Origin: an uncultured Candidatus Saccharibacteria bacterium
GTDB lineage: Bacteria; Patescibacteriota; Doudnabacteria; UBA920
Assembly (NCBI GenBank): GCA_964521955.1
Contig: CAZFTX010000003.1
Location: forward strand, 1,517-65,516
Direction of reading: 5' to 3'
DNA length: 64,000 nt
This document shows, one piece after another, positions 20,745 through 31,754 of this stretch. The notes beneath the pieces were generated by a model. The model made no database searches. It was not told where the DNA came from and worked only from the letters and a program-made list of their open reading frames with translations. The position numbers were made by a program, and so were the translations under genes. The number at the start of each line of letters is the position of its first letter. The first letter of the stretch is position 1.

Positions 20745-22592
20745 TTATTTTAATAAATATTCTCTATACCAATTAGCCGTTATAAACATAGCTTCATCCA
20801 AATTAAACTTTGGAACCCAGCCCAATTCCCTAACAGCTTTTTCAAAATTTAAACTTTGAAAAGGAATTTCATTAACTTGAATATTTAAAATTTCATATCG
20901 ACATTTTTTGCCAACCACACTCTCAATACGAGAAATTATGTCTAAAACGCTTAAAATATATCCTGTACTAAAATTATACGCCTGACCTTTTGTTTTGGCT
21001 ACATGTAACGCTAGTCTTAAATACCCGTCTACAACGTCTTTAACAAACACATAGTCTCTTACAAATTTACCATCACTACGAATTTGTAAAGGCATGTCTT
21101 TAAAAAGCGCTTCTAAAGTACCAGGTACAATTCGATTGAAATTTAAATCGCCAGGTCCAAATATGTTTCCAAAACGGCTGACGGTAACAGGTAATCCATA
21201 AGTTTTAAAATATGATAAGGCAATTAAGTCTGTTGCCGACTTAGAAACGTCATAGGGGTGATCCCCCGAAAGCTTTTGGTCTTCCTTAGCGTCCACACAA
21301 TTTTTTCCATAAGCCTTATCCGAAGAAGCAACTACCACACCTTTAATATACGGACTCACTCGACAAGCTTCTAAAACGTTTACTGTGCCCATAATGTTTG
21401 TCTGTAAAGTACCAACTGGATCTAAAAAGGCAGTACGAACCAAAGCCTGAGCCGCAAGATGAAAAACATACTCAATTTCGTTCTTCAAAATCACCTCTTT
21501 TACCCGCTTGGCATCGTTAATATCGCAAATTTCCGTAACAACCTGATTTTCAAAACCTTGCCTAAAAAAGTAGCTTCTAGGATCCTTGTCCCTGGAAGTA
21601 ACAAAAACTAGCGCCCCCTGCTTTAAAAGTTCCTCGGTTAAATGCCCTCCAACCAAACCATGCGCACCGGTAATCAAAACTCTTTTTCCTTTAAAGTCTA
21701 CGGATTCTGTGATTTGCACAGGATTAGTTAAATTAACCGGCGCGACCGGTGCAGAATTATTTTCAAAGCTTAAAGAAGGTTTTTCGTATAAAGATTTTTC
21801 CCAAACTTTCCAAAAAGGATCCTTTTGCCAATATTCGTTCATTTCCTCCACTTCCTTATAGGTATCCATGGCTTTCCATTTACCCTGATGTTCAAACATA
21901 GAAAGATCTCCTTTTTCAGTTAAAGGTATAAAGGCTTCTTCTATCATAGAATTTTCAGCTATTAAATCTAAAAAAGAATTTTTAAAAACCATAAAACCGC
22001 CATTAATGACAAAGTCATGTTGGTCATTTTTTTGTTTAAACTCCCCAACCAAATTTTGCTTAAAACCCACAACCTTTTTTGTCTGTTCGTCATGGTTCAC
22101 AATACCAAATTTGGTTAAGGGCCTAACCCCGGTAATTGTTGCTGTTGTACCCTGAGTTTTATGAAATTCCAAAAGTTTATGAATATTGATATCTGCAACT
22201 CCATCACCATAAGTCAACATAAAATCTTCTTTACCAATATAGTCCCTGACTCTTCTAACTCGCTCTCCTGTCAAAGCCTTAACTCCTGTATCAACAAAAG
22301 TAATTTTAAAATCATCTTCCTCTCTACTGTGCAAAGTTATACCATGCTCTTTAGTGGAAAGAGTAAAGTCATTTAACAAAGTTCTAGAATTTAAAAAGTA
22401 ATCCTTAATCATTTGTCCTTTATAACCCAAAGTCAAAATGAACTCATTAAAACCGTAATGAGAGTAAATTTTCATTATATGCCACAAAATCGCCTTGCCC
22501 CCTACTTCCACCAAGGGCTTAGGCTTAAACTCTGTCTCCTCCTTCATTCTAGTACCTTCCCCTCCGCACAAAATTACAACTTTCATATACAA
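20745..22592 (-). CDS. Fused glucose-1-P cytidylyltransferase and CDP-glucose 4,6-dehydratase-like protein (RfbF-RfbG fusion)
   Basis: N-terminal half: ILCGGEGTRM, PKPLVEVG, TYGDG, WKAMDT. C-terminal half: TGAHGLVG, HLAAQALV, ASSDKAY, PYDVSK. Confidence 0.85.
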   Translation of the reverse strand: MYMKVVILCGGEGTRMKEETEFKPKPLVEVGGKAILWHIMKIYSHYGFNEFILTLGYKGQMIKDYFLNSRTLLNDFTLSTKEHGITLHSREEDDFKITFVDTGVKALTGERVRRVRDYIGKEDFMLTYGDGVADINIHKLLEFHKTQGTTATITGVRPLTKFGIVNHDEQTKKVVGFKQNLVGEFKQKNDQHDFVINGGFMVFKNSFLDLIAENSMIEEAFIPLTEKGDLSMFEHQGKWKAMDTYKEVEEMNEYWQKDPFWKVWEKSLYEKPSLSFENNSAPVAPVNLTNPVQITESVDFKGKRVLITGAHGLVGGHLTEELLKQGALVFVTSRDKDPRSYFFRQGFENQVVTEICDINDAKRVKEVILKNEIEYVFHLAAQALVRTAFLDPVGTLQTNIMGTVNVLEACRVSPYIKGVVVASSDKAYGKNCVDAKEDQKLSGDHPYDVSKSATDLIALSYFKTYGLPVTVSRFGNIFGPGDLNFNRIVPGTLEALFKDMPLQIRSDGKFVRDYVFVKDVVDGYLRLALHVAKTKGQAYNFSTGYILSVLDIISRIESVVGKKCRYEILNIQVNEIPFQSLNFEKAVRELGWVPKFNLDEAMFITANWYREYLLK

Positions 22593-22658
22593 AAATTTAT
22601 CTTAAAATCTTTTTAATCTAAATCAATTCTTTTATTACTCCAGATTATGTCCGTATTT

Positions 22659-23774
22659 CTATACCGTAACCTCTGACAAACATTCGCTCAAAGACCTAAT
22701 TTTCCCTTTATACTCCATACTCTCAAGCTGTTTCCGAATTTCTTTTTCATAACCCAATGCCATAATTATTACAGTTTCAGGTGGGTTTTTCTGTATTTCT
22801 TCGGGTGGAACAATCTTAACCTTTGAACCAGAAGCAAAAAGTCCCCATTTGTTAACATCTGAGTCTACTATATATTGTATATTTTTGCAACACTCCTTGT
22901 CTGAAGAAATATAGCTTAAAAAGGTTGTAGCTCCCCCGGAAGCACCCCAAAGAAAAGTAGTACCTTGTACCATTTTACAAAACTTTTCCTTCGTTTGCTC
23001 AGGTGTTTCTAACACCTTTTGTTTTGCAACTCTGACAAAAGCTGAAAGAAACTCATTATTCATTGTGGACTCTAGCCAAAGTATTTCAAAACCTAGACGT
23101 TCTAAAGTAAAACTCAAAGTTGTCGGAGTAAAATAAAGTATATGCTCTGGAAAATAGTCAAACCAACGATTTTCAATAAATTGCTTTTGAGCATTTGGAA
23201 CTTCCACCAAACCAACCGCTCCAGGCAAACAACGTTTTTTTATTTCCCCCAAAATCTTGTTAGGACTGTCCAAATGTTCTAGCACAAAACGTAAAGCAAA
23301 CCCGTCATAACCTTTAAATTCTTTCGGTAAAGTTTCGTCAAAGAATACATTGTGAACTTCAAGTCCGTTTTGCTTTGCTGTATTATACGCAGCCTTGGAA
23401 GGTTCAAAAGCTGTAATATTTGCTTCATTGTTTGTGCTTGCTTTCAATAGTATAGAAAAAGCCCCGTTACCACATCCTATTTCAGCAACTTTTTTTACTC
23501 CATATGAAGCAAACTTACTTGTCATAGCTAACATGTGAGCGTTGGCAGACTTTGAAAATGTAATATTTCTTTGATAGTCCGAAACATATTCTTCTTCAGA
23601 ATAAGCTTCAGCCAATTGCACCATACCACACCCCCGACACTTTAAAACCGTTACTTTAACTTGTTTGTCTTTCTCCAACTCTTGCTCAGTCAAAAACTTA
23701 TGGCTGGTTTTTGGACAGTTTTCATTTTCAAAAATTTGTATAATATTTTTAGATTCACAAATTCTACATTGCAT
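22659..23774 (-). CDS. SAM-dependent methyltransferase, NDP-hexose C-methyltransferase-like
   Basis: CRIC...CRGC zinc site, EIGCGNG, VLEHL, EHILYF, C-terminal WGASGG...IVDSD. Confidence 0.8.
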   Translation of the reverse strand: MQCRICESKNIIQIFENENCPKTSHKFLTEQELEKDKQVKVTVLKCRGCGMVQLAEAYSEEEYVSDYQRNITFSKSANAHMLAMTSKFASYGVKKVAEIGCGNGAFSILLKASTNNEANITAFEPSKAAYNTAKQNGLEVHNVFFDETLPKEFKGYDGFALRFVLEHLDSPNKILGEIKKRCLPGAVGLVEVPNAQKQFIENRWFDYFPEHILYFTPTTLSFTLERLGFEILWLESTMNNEFLSAFVRVAKQKVLETPEQTKEKFCKMVQGTTFLWGASGGATTFLSYISSDKECCKNIQYIVDSDVNKWGLFASGSKVKIVPPEEIQKNPPETVIIMALGYEKEIRKQLESMEYKGKIRSLSECLSEVTV

Positions 23775-23793
23775 AATTTTAACTTTAATTTTT

Positions 23794-24750
23794 TTAGTTA
23801 ATTTTTTTCTGGCTACTATACCATTGAACTGTTTTTATAAGTCCATCCTCCAACTTAACTGTTGGACTCCATTTTAACATTCTTTTCGCCTTAGCAAAAT
23901 CACCGGCCATTCTTTCCACTTCTCCACTTCTTTGAGGTAACTTACCAAACAATAACTTAATATTACTCCCTGTAATTTTAACAATTTTTTTTGCCAAATC
24001 TTTTATCTTCACTTCTTTTCCCGTACTTATATTTATTACTTCACCGAAAACCTTCGGAGAATACAAAGCTTTAACATAAGCATCAACCACGTCTGTTACA
24101 AAACCAAAGTCTCGAGTTTGCTTCCCTAAAGTCATTGGAAAATTTTGGTTTTTCAAACACGCGTCAATCAAACTAGGAATAAACATATCTTTATCCTGCC
24201 CTGGGCCATACATTAAACAGGGACGCAAAACAGTAATGGGAAAATTTAAGCTTCTATAAAGCATCTGGCAAAAGTATGTCGCCGAAAGCTTACTTGCTGA
24301 ATAGGGAGACATTGGCATTTCACGTAAATTTTCTTTAAAAGGAACTTGGGCAGAACCATACTCATCTAAAGTCCCTGTCTGGAAAAAACCTTTCAAAGGA
24401 ATTTTAAGTTTATTGATTGCTTTAAAAAAATATAGCACTCCATTTAAATTTGCCTCTAAGTTTGGCTCAAGCAAACTTAAAGTTCTTTCCACCCGTCTTA
24501 AACCGGCAACATTAAAAATATAGTGGGGCTTGGCTTTTTTTAAAGCCCTATAAATAGAATTTTCGTCAGTTAAATCCCCTTCTAGTATTTGTATTTGAGA
24601 CAAAATATCTTTTAAGCGATTTTTTGAAGTTTTTTTCTTTGCCAAAACAAAAACCCTTGCTTTTTCTTTTACCAACCTTCTAACCAAAAAAGAGCCCAAA
24701 AAGCCGGCGCCCCCACTAACTAATATTGGAATGTTCTTTAAAGATTTCAT
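23794..24750 (-). CDS. NAD-dependent epimerase/4-reductase (CDP-abequose/paratose synthase-like)
   Basis: SGGAGFLG, GTLDEYG, SPYSASK, YGPGQ. Confidence 0.8.
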   Translation of the reverse strand: MKSLKNIPILVSGGAGFLGSFLVRRLVKEKARVFVLAKKKTSKNRLKDILSQIQILEGDLTDENSIYRALKKAKPHYIFNVAGLRRVERTLSLLEPNLEANLNGVLYFFKAINKLKIPLKGFFQTGTLDEYGSAQVPFKENLREMPMSPYSASKLSATYFCQMLYRSLNFPITVLRPCLMYGPGQDKDMFIPSLIDACLKNQNFPMTLGKQTRDFGFVTDVVDAYVKALYSPKVFGEVINISTGKEVKIKDLAKKIVKITGSNIKLLFGKLPQRSGEVERMAGDFAKAKRMLKWSPTVKLEDGLIKTVQWYSSQKKIN

Positions 24751-24775
24751 TTCTTTGAAATTTTAAACACCGGTT

Positions 24776-25657
24776 TTAAGAAATTATTTTAAACACTTTT
24801 TTCAAACTTAATTTAAAATTCTTTAAAAATATCATTATAAAAATTATGCTTCGATTAAAAACAGTATTTAAATTTAAACTTTTATGTAGAAACTTAGGTT
24901 TAACATAATCTAGAGTTTTATAACTTAACCTCAAATTCCAAACTACCTGCTCGGGATGATCGTCTTTTCCACCGGCAAATTTACTTACATCTTGAACGAC
25001 TAATTTACTTCCAAAATGCTCTCGAACTACCATGTTTAACAAAGTCATATCATGTCTAAACACGGGACAATTTCTAATATACGGGTTTTTATCCTTTCCG
25101 CGATTCCTCCAACGTTCATTTTCTGAAAATCCCAAAGCTAAACCTGACAAGCCTAAATTGTAAACCTTCTCCAAAATTGGACTTATACTACTTTGAGCTT
25201 TAAAACCAATTTCACCTGCATGAATACTTTCCATCTCTTCATAACCCAATGGCATCTTGCAAACACTCTCGTATTCTTTAGGTATTATTTTTCCTAAACT
25301 TATTCCTTGTCCAATTATAAAATAGTCCTGCCTTTCAATAGTTTCAAAAATCTCATCCATTGGTTTTAAAACCTGACACCCGGAATCTAAATAAAAATTA
25401 AGCCTAGCCAATGGGTGAGCAAAAATGTATGTCTTCCAAGTAAAACAACTTCTCCAATGGCCGCAAAAAACAGGCATATCCAATACTTCAACATTTTCTA
25501 TTTTTTCTAATTCTTTGCGAAAATTATGAAAAAGTCCTAAATCGAAAATAAAAATTTTAGGATGTCTTGGGTAATTAACTTTAATTGATCCTAAAAGATT
25601 AATTAAAGACGGAAAGAATTTATTTGAGGCAGCGGTTATTAGAGCTTTTTCCAACAT
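24776..25657 (-). CDS. Hypothetical GT-A-like protein (DUF1647-like)
   Basis: ITAASNKFF, IFDLGL, FTWK, YLDSG, FRHD; family assigned by eye. Confidence 0.5.
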   Translation of the reverse strand: MLEKALITAASNKFFPSLINLLGSIKVNYPRHPKIFIFDLGLFHNFRKELEKIENVEVLDMPVFCGHWRSCFTWKTYIFAHPLARLNFYLDSGCQVLKPMDEIFETIERQDYFIIGQGISLGKIIPKEYESVCKMPLGYEEMESIHAGEIGFKAQSSISPILEKVYNLGLSGLALGFSENERWRNRGKDKNPYIRNCPVFRHDMTLLNMVVREHFGSKLVVQDVSKFAGGKDDHPEQVVWNLRLSYKTLDYVKPKFLHKSLNLNTVFNRSIIFIMIFLKNFKLSLKKVFKIIS

Positions 25658-25664
25658 AAAAAAA

Positions 25665-26993
25665 TTATTTAATCAATATTGCCTTAAGCATAAGCGAAAG
25701 TTGCCAACGAATTTTAGGAAAGAAAATTACAGTTAAAGGAATAATGCTATATGAAATCATTGTTGACAAAGCCGCGCCTGCCAATCCCTTTTTGGGTATA
25801 AGTATTACATTTAATATAATATTTAAAACCATGCCTGCTAAATTAATAGCTAGGGATACTTTGGTTTCTTTTTCCCCTAACAAGTACTGGTTTAAAACTG
25901 TACCTACCAAAACCGCCACTCCTGCCCAAACATAAAAACGAAGCACCACTGCAGAGGCAAAAAATTCTGGCCCGTAAAGAAAACTAATTATATAGTTTGA
26001 ACCCAATGAAATTGGTAGAATAAAAATTAAAGAAAAATAAATAACAAAAGAATAAAGTCTTTTTAACCTTAAAGAATAAAATTCATTACTAATAGTTTTA
26101 GCATTTAAAACCGCCGGCATTACTGAACCCACTATTATGGTTGGTAAGATATACCACATTTCTGCAATCCTAACTGCCGTATCATAAAACCCAACAGCAG
26201 TTTCGCTCATATAGTGTTTTATCATGACTTGGTCAATCCTGGAATAAATCATGGCAAAGGCGCTGGACAAAATCAAAGGCCATGAATACTTGAACATTTC
26301 GAATGCTAAAACTTTGTCAAAGGACCATTTAGCAATTCTCTCTCCGCTATGCTGATAAATATACCAGTACCCGAAAGCCATTAATACTGCTTCGAACAAA
26401 TATATTAAAGCAAAATACACTAAAGAAAATTCATAATAAACAAAAAATATTTTTAAACCCGCCATTAAAAAACTAATTATCAAAGAACTAATCACTGTAG
26501 GCTTTGACTGAACTTTTGCCTGAAAAAAATAATTAACTATATTAATAGGTTGAAAGAAAATACTCGCCGCCACAATTGCCATAATCAACATAACAAAACT
26601 ACTATTTCCCATAAATAGCGATGCACCCATAATTACACCAAAAGACAAAACCGATCCTAAACATTTAAGCCCAAAGGCTGTTCCTAACAGCTTGTCTTTA
26701 TTCTGTGGTTCTTTCACCAAATCGACATACAAAATACTGTCTACCCCCAAGGAAGCTAAAAAAGAAAAGATACCCACAAAACTAACAACATAACTTAAAG
26801 TTCCCCACTGCTGAGGGCCTAAATACCTAACCAAGTAGACATTAACTAAAAATGCCAGGGGTAAATATATTAATCTTCCAAATAAATTCCAACCGACATG
26901 AAAAAAATACTTTTGCCCGTTAGGGTTAAAAAGTCTTTCTACATAACTTTCCGGCAAGAAAAAACTAACTACTTGTTTTAAAAAATTACCCAT
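25665..26993 (-). CDS. wzx: Wzx-type oligosaccharide flippase
   Basis: About 12 TM segments; VRYLGPQQWG, IYSRIDQVMI, VGFYDTAVR, LIPKKGLAGAA. Confidence 0.9.
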   Translation of the reverse strand: MGNFLKQVVSFFLPESYVERLFNPNGQKYFFHVGWNLFGRLIYLPLAFLVNVYLVRYLGPQQWGTLSYVVSFVGIFSFLASLGVDSILYVDLVKEPQNKDKLLGTAFGLKCLGSVLSFGVIMGASLFMGNSSFVMLIMAIVAASIFFQPINIVNYFFQAKVQSKPTVISSLIISFLMAGLKIFFVYYEFSLVYFALIYLFEAVLMAFGYWYIYQHSGERIAKWSFDKVLAFEMFKYSWPLILSSAFAMIYSRIDQVMIKHYMSETAVGFYDTAVRIAEMWYILPTIIVGSVMPAVLNAKTISNEFYSLRLKRLYSFVIYFSLIFILPISLGSNYIISFLYGPEFFASAVVLRFYVWAGVAVLVGTVLNQYLLGEKETKVSLAINLAGMVLNIILNVILIPKKGLAGAALSTMISYSIIPLTVIFFPKIRWQLSLMLKAILIK

Positions 26994-27635
26994 TTATTTT
27001 TTCCTAAAAACACTTAAAGAATCTTGAGTTTCTAAAAATTCTATGCCTGGATGTTCTTTTAACTCTTTAACTAACCGAATCGGACCCGCCCAACCTTCAA
27101 AAGCTCCTGGAATAGAAGTTACGGGCGCAGAATCATGAAAAGCAATAAAACCTCCCGAAACAATTAACTTAAACCATTCCTCAAAATCTTGCTTTACCGC
27201 ACCATATTCATGGTCACCGTCTATAAATATAAAGTCAAAAGGTTTGTTCCAATTTTTTGAAACATTAAAGCTGTAATCTTTAATAAATACAAAATCTTTA
27301 TAAAAGCGCATGTTTTCTTTAATCAAGGATTCATGGCCAATTAAACGCTTGTTCATACTGTCAGGAATAATTGGATCAATGCCGTATATTGGCACCTTTG
27401 AAACCAAAGCTATTTCCTTAGTTGTCTTCCCGTCTAAAACCCCTATTTCTACAATTCCTAAACTTGCAAGTTGAGCATATTTTTGCAAAGTCTGTACTTC
27501 TAAATCAGTACTAAACCTACTACCTTCTTTTGCGTTTAAAATAAGTTGTAAATTCATTTTAACCACATTTTTTACCAATCCTACAAACTTCTTAGGATTG
27601 GTGAATAAAAGTTTTATTTTTGATTTAGTGTCCAT
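26994..27635 (-). CDS. Class I SAM-dependent methyltransferase (Methyltransf_24-like)
   Basis: VEIGVLDG, FIFIDGDHEY, GGFIAFHD. Confidence 0.85.
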   Translation of the reverse strand: MDTKSKIKLLFTNPKKFVGLVKNVVKMNLQLILNAKEGSRFSTDLEVQTLQKYAQLASLGIVEIGVLDGKTTKEIALVSKVPIYGIDPIIPDSMNKRLIGHESLIKENMRFYKDFVFIKDYSFNVSKNWNKPFDFIFIDGDHEYGAVKQDFEEWFKLIVSGGFIAFHDSAPVTSIPGAFEGWAGPIRLVKELKEHPGIEFLETQDSLSVFRKK

Positions 27636-27639
27636 ATTT

Positions 27640-28626
27640 TTAGTACAAACCTAACGAAATTAATATTTTTTTTCCTGGTTCTTTAATAAGTTTAGTTATA
27701 AAATAATTTTTTAAACCAACCTGGGCTTTTCTCCTTTGTTTGTATTCTACCAGTTGTTTTTTTTCGTCCTTCTCACTAATTTGAAGGCTTGGAACATAAA
27801 CAGGTTTTACCCGTTTAAGACGAGAATACTCGAGGGAGTTTGCAAACTCATTTAAAAACTCATAATGTTTTTTGTATAGATAATGCTTATTTCTGTTTAA
27901 AACCCGAGAATACTCCGGGTGAGGATTTGTCCTGGTTCCTCCCCATTTTATTTCTGAGACAAAAGGCAATGCGAAAACATAATTTTTAAATCCTGCTTGC
28001 AAACACCTTAAAGAAATATCATGGTTGTCATAGGTATAAGGCGCCAGTTCTTCGTCCATAATTCCTACTTTATTTACCACTTCGCATGAAATACATTCGG
28101 GACTCCTCACACCTACCATTCTTTCAACCAACTGTCCCGGTTTTAAAGGGTAAGCCGACATACCTGTGCCGTATGCGCTTTCTATTAAATCCCGCTCTTC
28201 TACAGTTTGAGTTTCTTCGTTTAAATACATATTTACCCCATGACGAAAAACTAAACAACCTAACTTTTCGTAACCCACAAAGTCATAGATTTTTTTTACA
28301 ATACTTTCTAATTCAGGCTCCTTTAAAACTACGTCATCCTGCAAAATAATATTACACCCTCGCCTGTCTTGGGGAACAGATTTTAAGGCAATGTTTATGG
28401 AACGAATTTCATGAACATCGGGAGCGTAAAGTTTGGTAATAGGGACATGCGGATTTTTTAAAGCAATTTCGTCAATAATTTTTTCTGTGTTGTCGCTACA
28501 CCCGTCTAAAACCGGATAAATCTCACTCCCTTCGCGCCAAGCTAAAAGTACGCCCTGTAAAACCTCTGCAATTAAATCCTGTTTATTATGGATTGTAATA
28601 ATGTAATTAAATCTAAAATCTTTCAT
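27640..28626 (-). CDS. Glycosyltransferase family 2
   Basis: ITIHNK, LDGCSDNT, ILQDD, YDNHDISLR. Confidence 0.8.
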   Translation of the reverse strand: MKDFRFNYIITIHNKQDLIAEVLQGVLLAWREGSEIYPVLDGCSDNTEKIIDEIALKNPHVPITKLYAPDVHEIRSINIALKSVPQDRRGCNIILQDDVVLKEPELESIVKKIYDFVGYEKLGCLVFRHGVNMYLNEETQTVEERDLIESAYGTGMSAYPLKPGQLVERMVGVRSPECISCEVVNKVGIMDEELAPYTYDNHDISLRCLQAGFKNYVFALPFVSEIKWGGTRTNPHPEYSRVLNRNKHYLYKKHYEFLNEFANSLEYSRLKRVKPVYVPSLQISEKDEKKQLVEYKQRRKAQVGLKNYFITKLIKEPGKKILISLGLY

Positions 28627-28627
28627 A

Positions 28628-29560
28628 TTATTGTTTAATGGTACTTAAATAATAGTCATAGAGCTTTTTCAATCCGTCTTTAAAACTTGTTGTATACTGC
28701 CAACCCATTTCTTTCATTTTACTTACATCCAAAAGTTTTTTTGGCATCCCGTCCGGCTTAGTTGAGTCAAAAACCAAATTTCCTTCAAAACCTACAACTT
28801 CCTTAATTGCAAAAGCTAATTCCTTAATGGAAATATCTTCTCCCGTACCAACGTTAACAAACTGTTTTCCGTCGTAATTTTGCATTAAAAAATAAACCGC
28901 TTCCGCAAGATCGTCTACATACAAAAACTCCCTGCGACTCTCTCCGGTACCCCAAATTACCACTTCAGGTAAATTCTTCTGTTTTGCTTCCTGCATACGA
29001 AGCATAATCCCAGGGATCACATGCGAAGAATTCGGGTCAAAGTTGTCATTTTCTCCATAAATATTTGTTGGCATGCAAGAAATAAAATTCTTACCGTGTT
29101 GTTCTTTTAAATATTCCCCCAAACGAATTCCGGCAGTTTTAGCTACGGCATAACCTTCGTTAGTAGGTTCGAATCTTCCTGTTAAAAAATATTCTTCTTT
29201 CATTGGCTGAGGACACTCACGCGGGTAAATGCAGCTACTGCCTAAAAACAAAAACTTTTTTACTCCATTTAAGTGCGACTGCCACATTAAATTATTTTGC
29301 ATTTCTAGATTTTCATACAAAAAATCAGCTAAATTTTCCATATTTGCCTTAATTCCTCCCACCCTCGCGGCGGAATCTATAACATATTCAGGCTTCTCCT
29401 CTTCAAAAAACTTTTTTACCGCCTGCTGGTCCAACAAGTCCAATTCTTGTCTGGTTTTTAAAACCAAATTTTCAAACCCTTCTTTTAAAAGCTTTCTGAC
29501 TATAGCAGAACCTACCATGCCCTTATGCCCGGCTACAAAAATTTTTGATTTTTTTTCCAT
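28628..29560 (-). CDS. fcl: GDP-L-fucose synthase / ColC-type epimerase-reductase
   Basis: AGHKGMVGSA, AARVGGI, GSSCIYP, EPTNEGYAVAK, PTNIYG. Confidence 0.92.
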   Translation of the reverse strand: MEKKSKIFVAGHKGMVGSAIVRKLLKEGFENLVLKTRQELDLLDQQAVKKFFEEEKPEYVIDSAARVGGIKANMENLADFLYENLEMQNNLMWQSHLNGVKKFLFLGSSCIYPRECPQPMKEEYFLTGRFEPTNEGYAVAKTAGIRLGEYLKEQHGKNFISCMPTNIYGENDNFDPNSSHVIPGIMLRMQEAKQKNLPEVVIWGTGESRREFLYVDDLAEAVYFLMQNYDGKQFVNVGTGEDISIKELAFAIKEVVGFEGNLVFDSTKPDGMPKKLLDVSKMKEMGWQYTTSFKDGLKKLYDYYLSTIKQ

Positions 29561-29564
29561 AAAT

Positions 29565-30728
29565 TTATTTGGTTAATAGCTTTTTAAAAAGTTCTAAATC
29601 GTTTAAACAAAGCTCCGGATTATTTGGAAAGTAAAAACCCTGCTCATGAACTAAAGAGGTGTTAGTGCAACTTGCATGGCTGGAATCATACTTTTTAAAA
29701 AAAGGTTGCTTTGTCATATCACCGGCAATAATTGGTCGAATTTCTACCTGAGCTTCCTCAAATTTTTGTTTATACTTTTCCCACAATTCTTTTGTTTTTA
29801 AGACCACCGGAAATGCAAAATTGGAAACTTTGTCCATGTGCTTCAAGTTAAGCGAGTAAAAATCTTCGTTTTGCATAATTACCTCATTTATCTCAAAAAA
29901 GTTTTTTTGTCTTTTTTCCACCATTTCATCTAAAAACTCAATCTGATTATTGCCTAAAAATCCGGTTATTTCTGTCGGCCTCCCATTGTAAGCCAATTCA
30001 TAAAAAGTATATTTAGCATAAAAATCACTAATTCGGTTTTTGTCTCTGAGTTCTTTTTTAAATACTTCAGGCAGACTGCGGTCCCAACCGTGAGCTCTAA
30101 CCATTAAAAGCATGTGATAAAGTTCTTTGTTGCCAGTAACTACCATTCCACCCTCAATTGTTGAAAGGTGGTGACCTACAAAAAATGAAAAAGTTGAAGC
30201 TAAACCAAAATTACCCAAAAGCTTGCCCTGAACTTTTGAGCCCAAAGCTTCGCAGTTATCTTCAAAAAATAATACTTTGTGTTCTTCACACATTTTGGCG
30301 ATTGCTGAAATGTCGTCAGCAAAACCTAAAACATTGGTTAAAAACAACGCTTGTAAATTTTTAATTTGCGTTGCCAAAATTTCCGACGAAACATTTAATG
30401 TTTCCAAGTTTAAATCTAAGGGTACTGGTATTAACCCCAACTGAATTAAAGGCATAACATTGGTTGCCCAAGTCAGACTGGAAAAACCAACTCTATCCCC
30501 TTTTTTTAATAGACCTAAATTTAAAAGGGCTTGAATTAAAACCAAGTTAGCCATACTCCCGTTTGAAACTAAAACCGCATATTTATTTTCCTGTTTTTTC
30601 GCAAAAGCCGTTTCAAACCTACTACACTCCTCGTCCATACTTAAAGTTTTGGCTTTAATTACAAATTCAGCCAAAGCATTTTTGGTTTCTGTTTCTTTAT
30701 AAAATGTTGACTTCATTAACTTAATCAT
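29565..30728 (-). CDS. ColD-like GDP-4-keto-6-deoxymannose 3-dehydratase (DegT family)
   Basis: [14 protein letters not shown] has His in place of Lys; RAHGW motif; lies between gmd and fcl. Confidence 0.8.
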   Translation of the reverse strand: MIKLMKSTFYKETETKNALAEFVIKAKTLSMDEECSRFETAFAKKQENKYAVLVSNGSMANLVLIQALLNLGLLKKGDRVGFSSLTWATNVMPLIQLGLIPVPLDLNLETLNVSSEILATQIKNLQALFLTNVLGFADDISAIAKMCEEHKVLFFEDNCEALGSKVQGKLLGNFGLASTFSFFVGHHLSTIEGGMVVTGNKELYHMLLMVRAHGWDRSLPEVFKKELRDKNRISDFYAKYTFYELAYNGRPTEITGFLGNNQIEFLDEMVEKRQKNFFEINEVIMQNEDFYSLNLKHMDKVSNFAFPVVLKTKELWEKYKQKFEEAQVEIRPIIAGDMTKQPFFKKYDSSHASCTNTSLVHEQGFYFPNNPELCLNDLELFKKLLTK

Positions 30729-31750
30729 GCAGTTTTTAAATCATGCTCCATCATTATTGAAACCAACTCTTTAAACTTAACCTTAGGCTCCCAGCCCAAT
30801 TTTTCCTTTGCTTTACTAAAGTCTCCAACTAACAAGTCAACTTCAGCGGGTCTAAAATATCTAGGATCAACTTCTACAACAACTTTCCCAGTTTTTTTGT
30901 TTATACCTTTTTCTTCTAAGCCCGTCCCTTCCCACAAAAGCTCCATGCCAATATGTCTCGCAGCTTCTTCTACAAATTCCCTAACCGAATAAGTTTCCCC
31001 GGTAGCTAAAACAAAGTCTTCCGGTTCACTGTGTTGCAACATTCGCCACATGCCTTCCACATAGTCTTTAGCATAACCCCAGTCCCTACGAGCGTTTAAA
31101 TTCCCCAAATATAGTTTTTCTTCCTGACCTTTATAAATTTTTGAAAGCGCCCGGGTAATTTTCCTTGTTACAAAAGTTTCTCCTCGTCTTGGACTTTCAT
31201 GATTAAACAAAATTCCGTTACAAGCAAACATGTTGTAACTTTCCCGATAGTTTACTGTAATCCAATACCCAAACACTTTGGCCGCACCATAAGGTGAGCG
31301 TGGATAAAAAGGAGTAGTTTCTTTTTGAGGCACTTCCCTAACCTTCCCAAACATTTCCGAAGAAGAAGCCTGGTAAAATTTTGTTTTGATTCCACTGTCT
31401 TTAATTGCGTCTAAAAGTCTTAATGCACCAACCCCAGTAACGTCTGCGGTATATTCCGGAATGTCAAAACTTACACGTACATGGCTTTGGGCGCCTAAAT
31501 GATAAATCTCATCCGGCTTTACTTTTTCAAGTAACCTGGAAAGATTGCTCGAGTCAGACAAGTCGCCATAATGTAAAATCAACCTCTTGTTTTCTTTATG
31601 AGGATCTTCAAAAATATGGTTAACCCTATGAGTATTGAAAGTGGAAGCTCTGCGAATAATGCCGTGAACTTCATAGCCTTTTTCCAAAAGCAGTTCCGCT
31701 AAGTAACTCCCGTCTTGTCCGGTAATCCCGGTTATTAAAGCCTTCTTCAT
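30725..31750 (-). CDS. gmd: GDP-mannose 4,6-dehydratase
   Basis: [19 protein letters not shown] (start placed at ATG 31750), [32 protein letters not shown]. Confidence 0.96.
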   Translation of the reverse strand: MKKALITGITGQDGSYLAELLLEKGYEVHGIIRRASTFNTHRVNHIFEDPHKENKRLILHYGDLSDSSNLSRLLEKVKPDEIYHLGAQSHVRVSFDIPEYTADVTGVGALRLLDAIKDSGIKTKFYQASSSEMFGKVREVPQKETTPFYPRSPYGAAKVFGYWITVNYRESYNMFACNGILFNHESPRRGETFVTRKITRALSKIYKGQEEKLYLGNLNARRDWGYAKDYVEGMWRMLQHSEPEDFVLATGETYSVREFVEEAARHIGMELLWEGTGLEEKGINKKTGKVVVEVDPRYFRPAEVDLLVGDFSKAKEKLGWEPKVKFKELVSIMMEHDLKTA

Positions 31751-31754
31751 ACAA

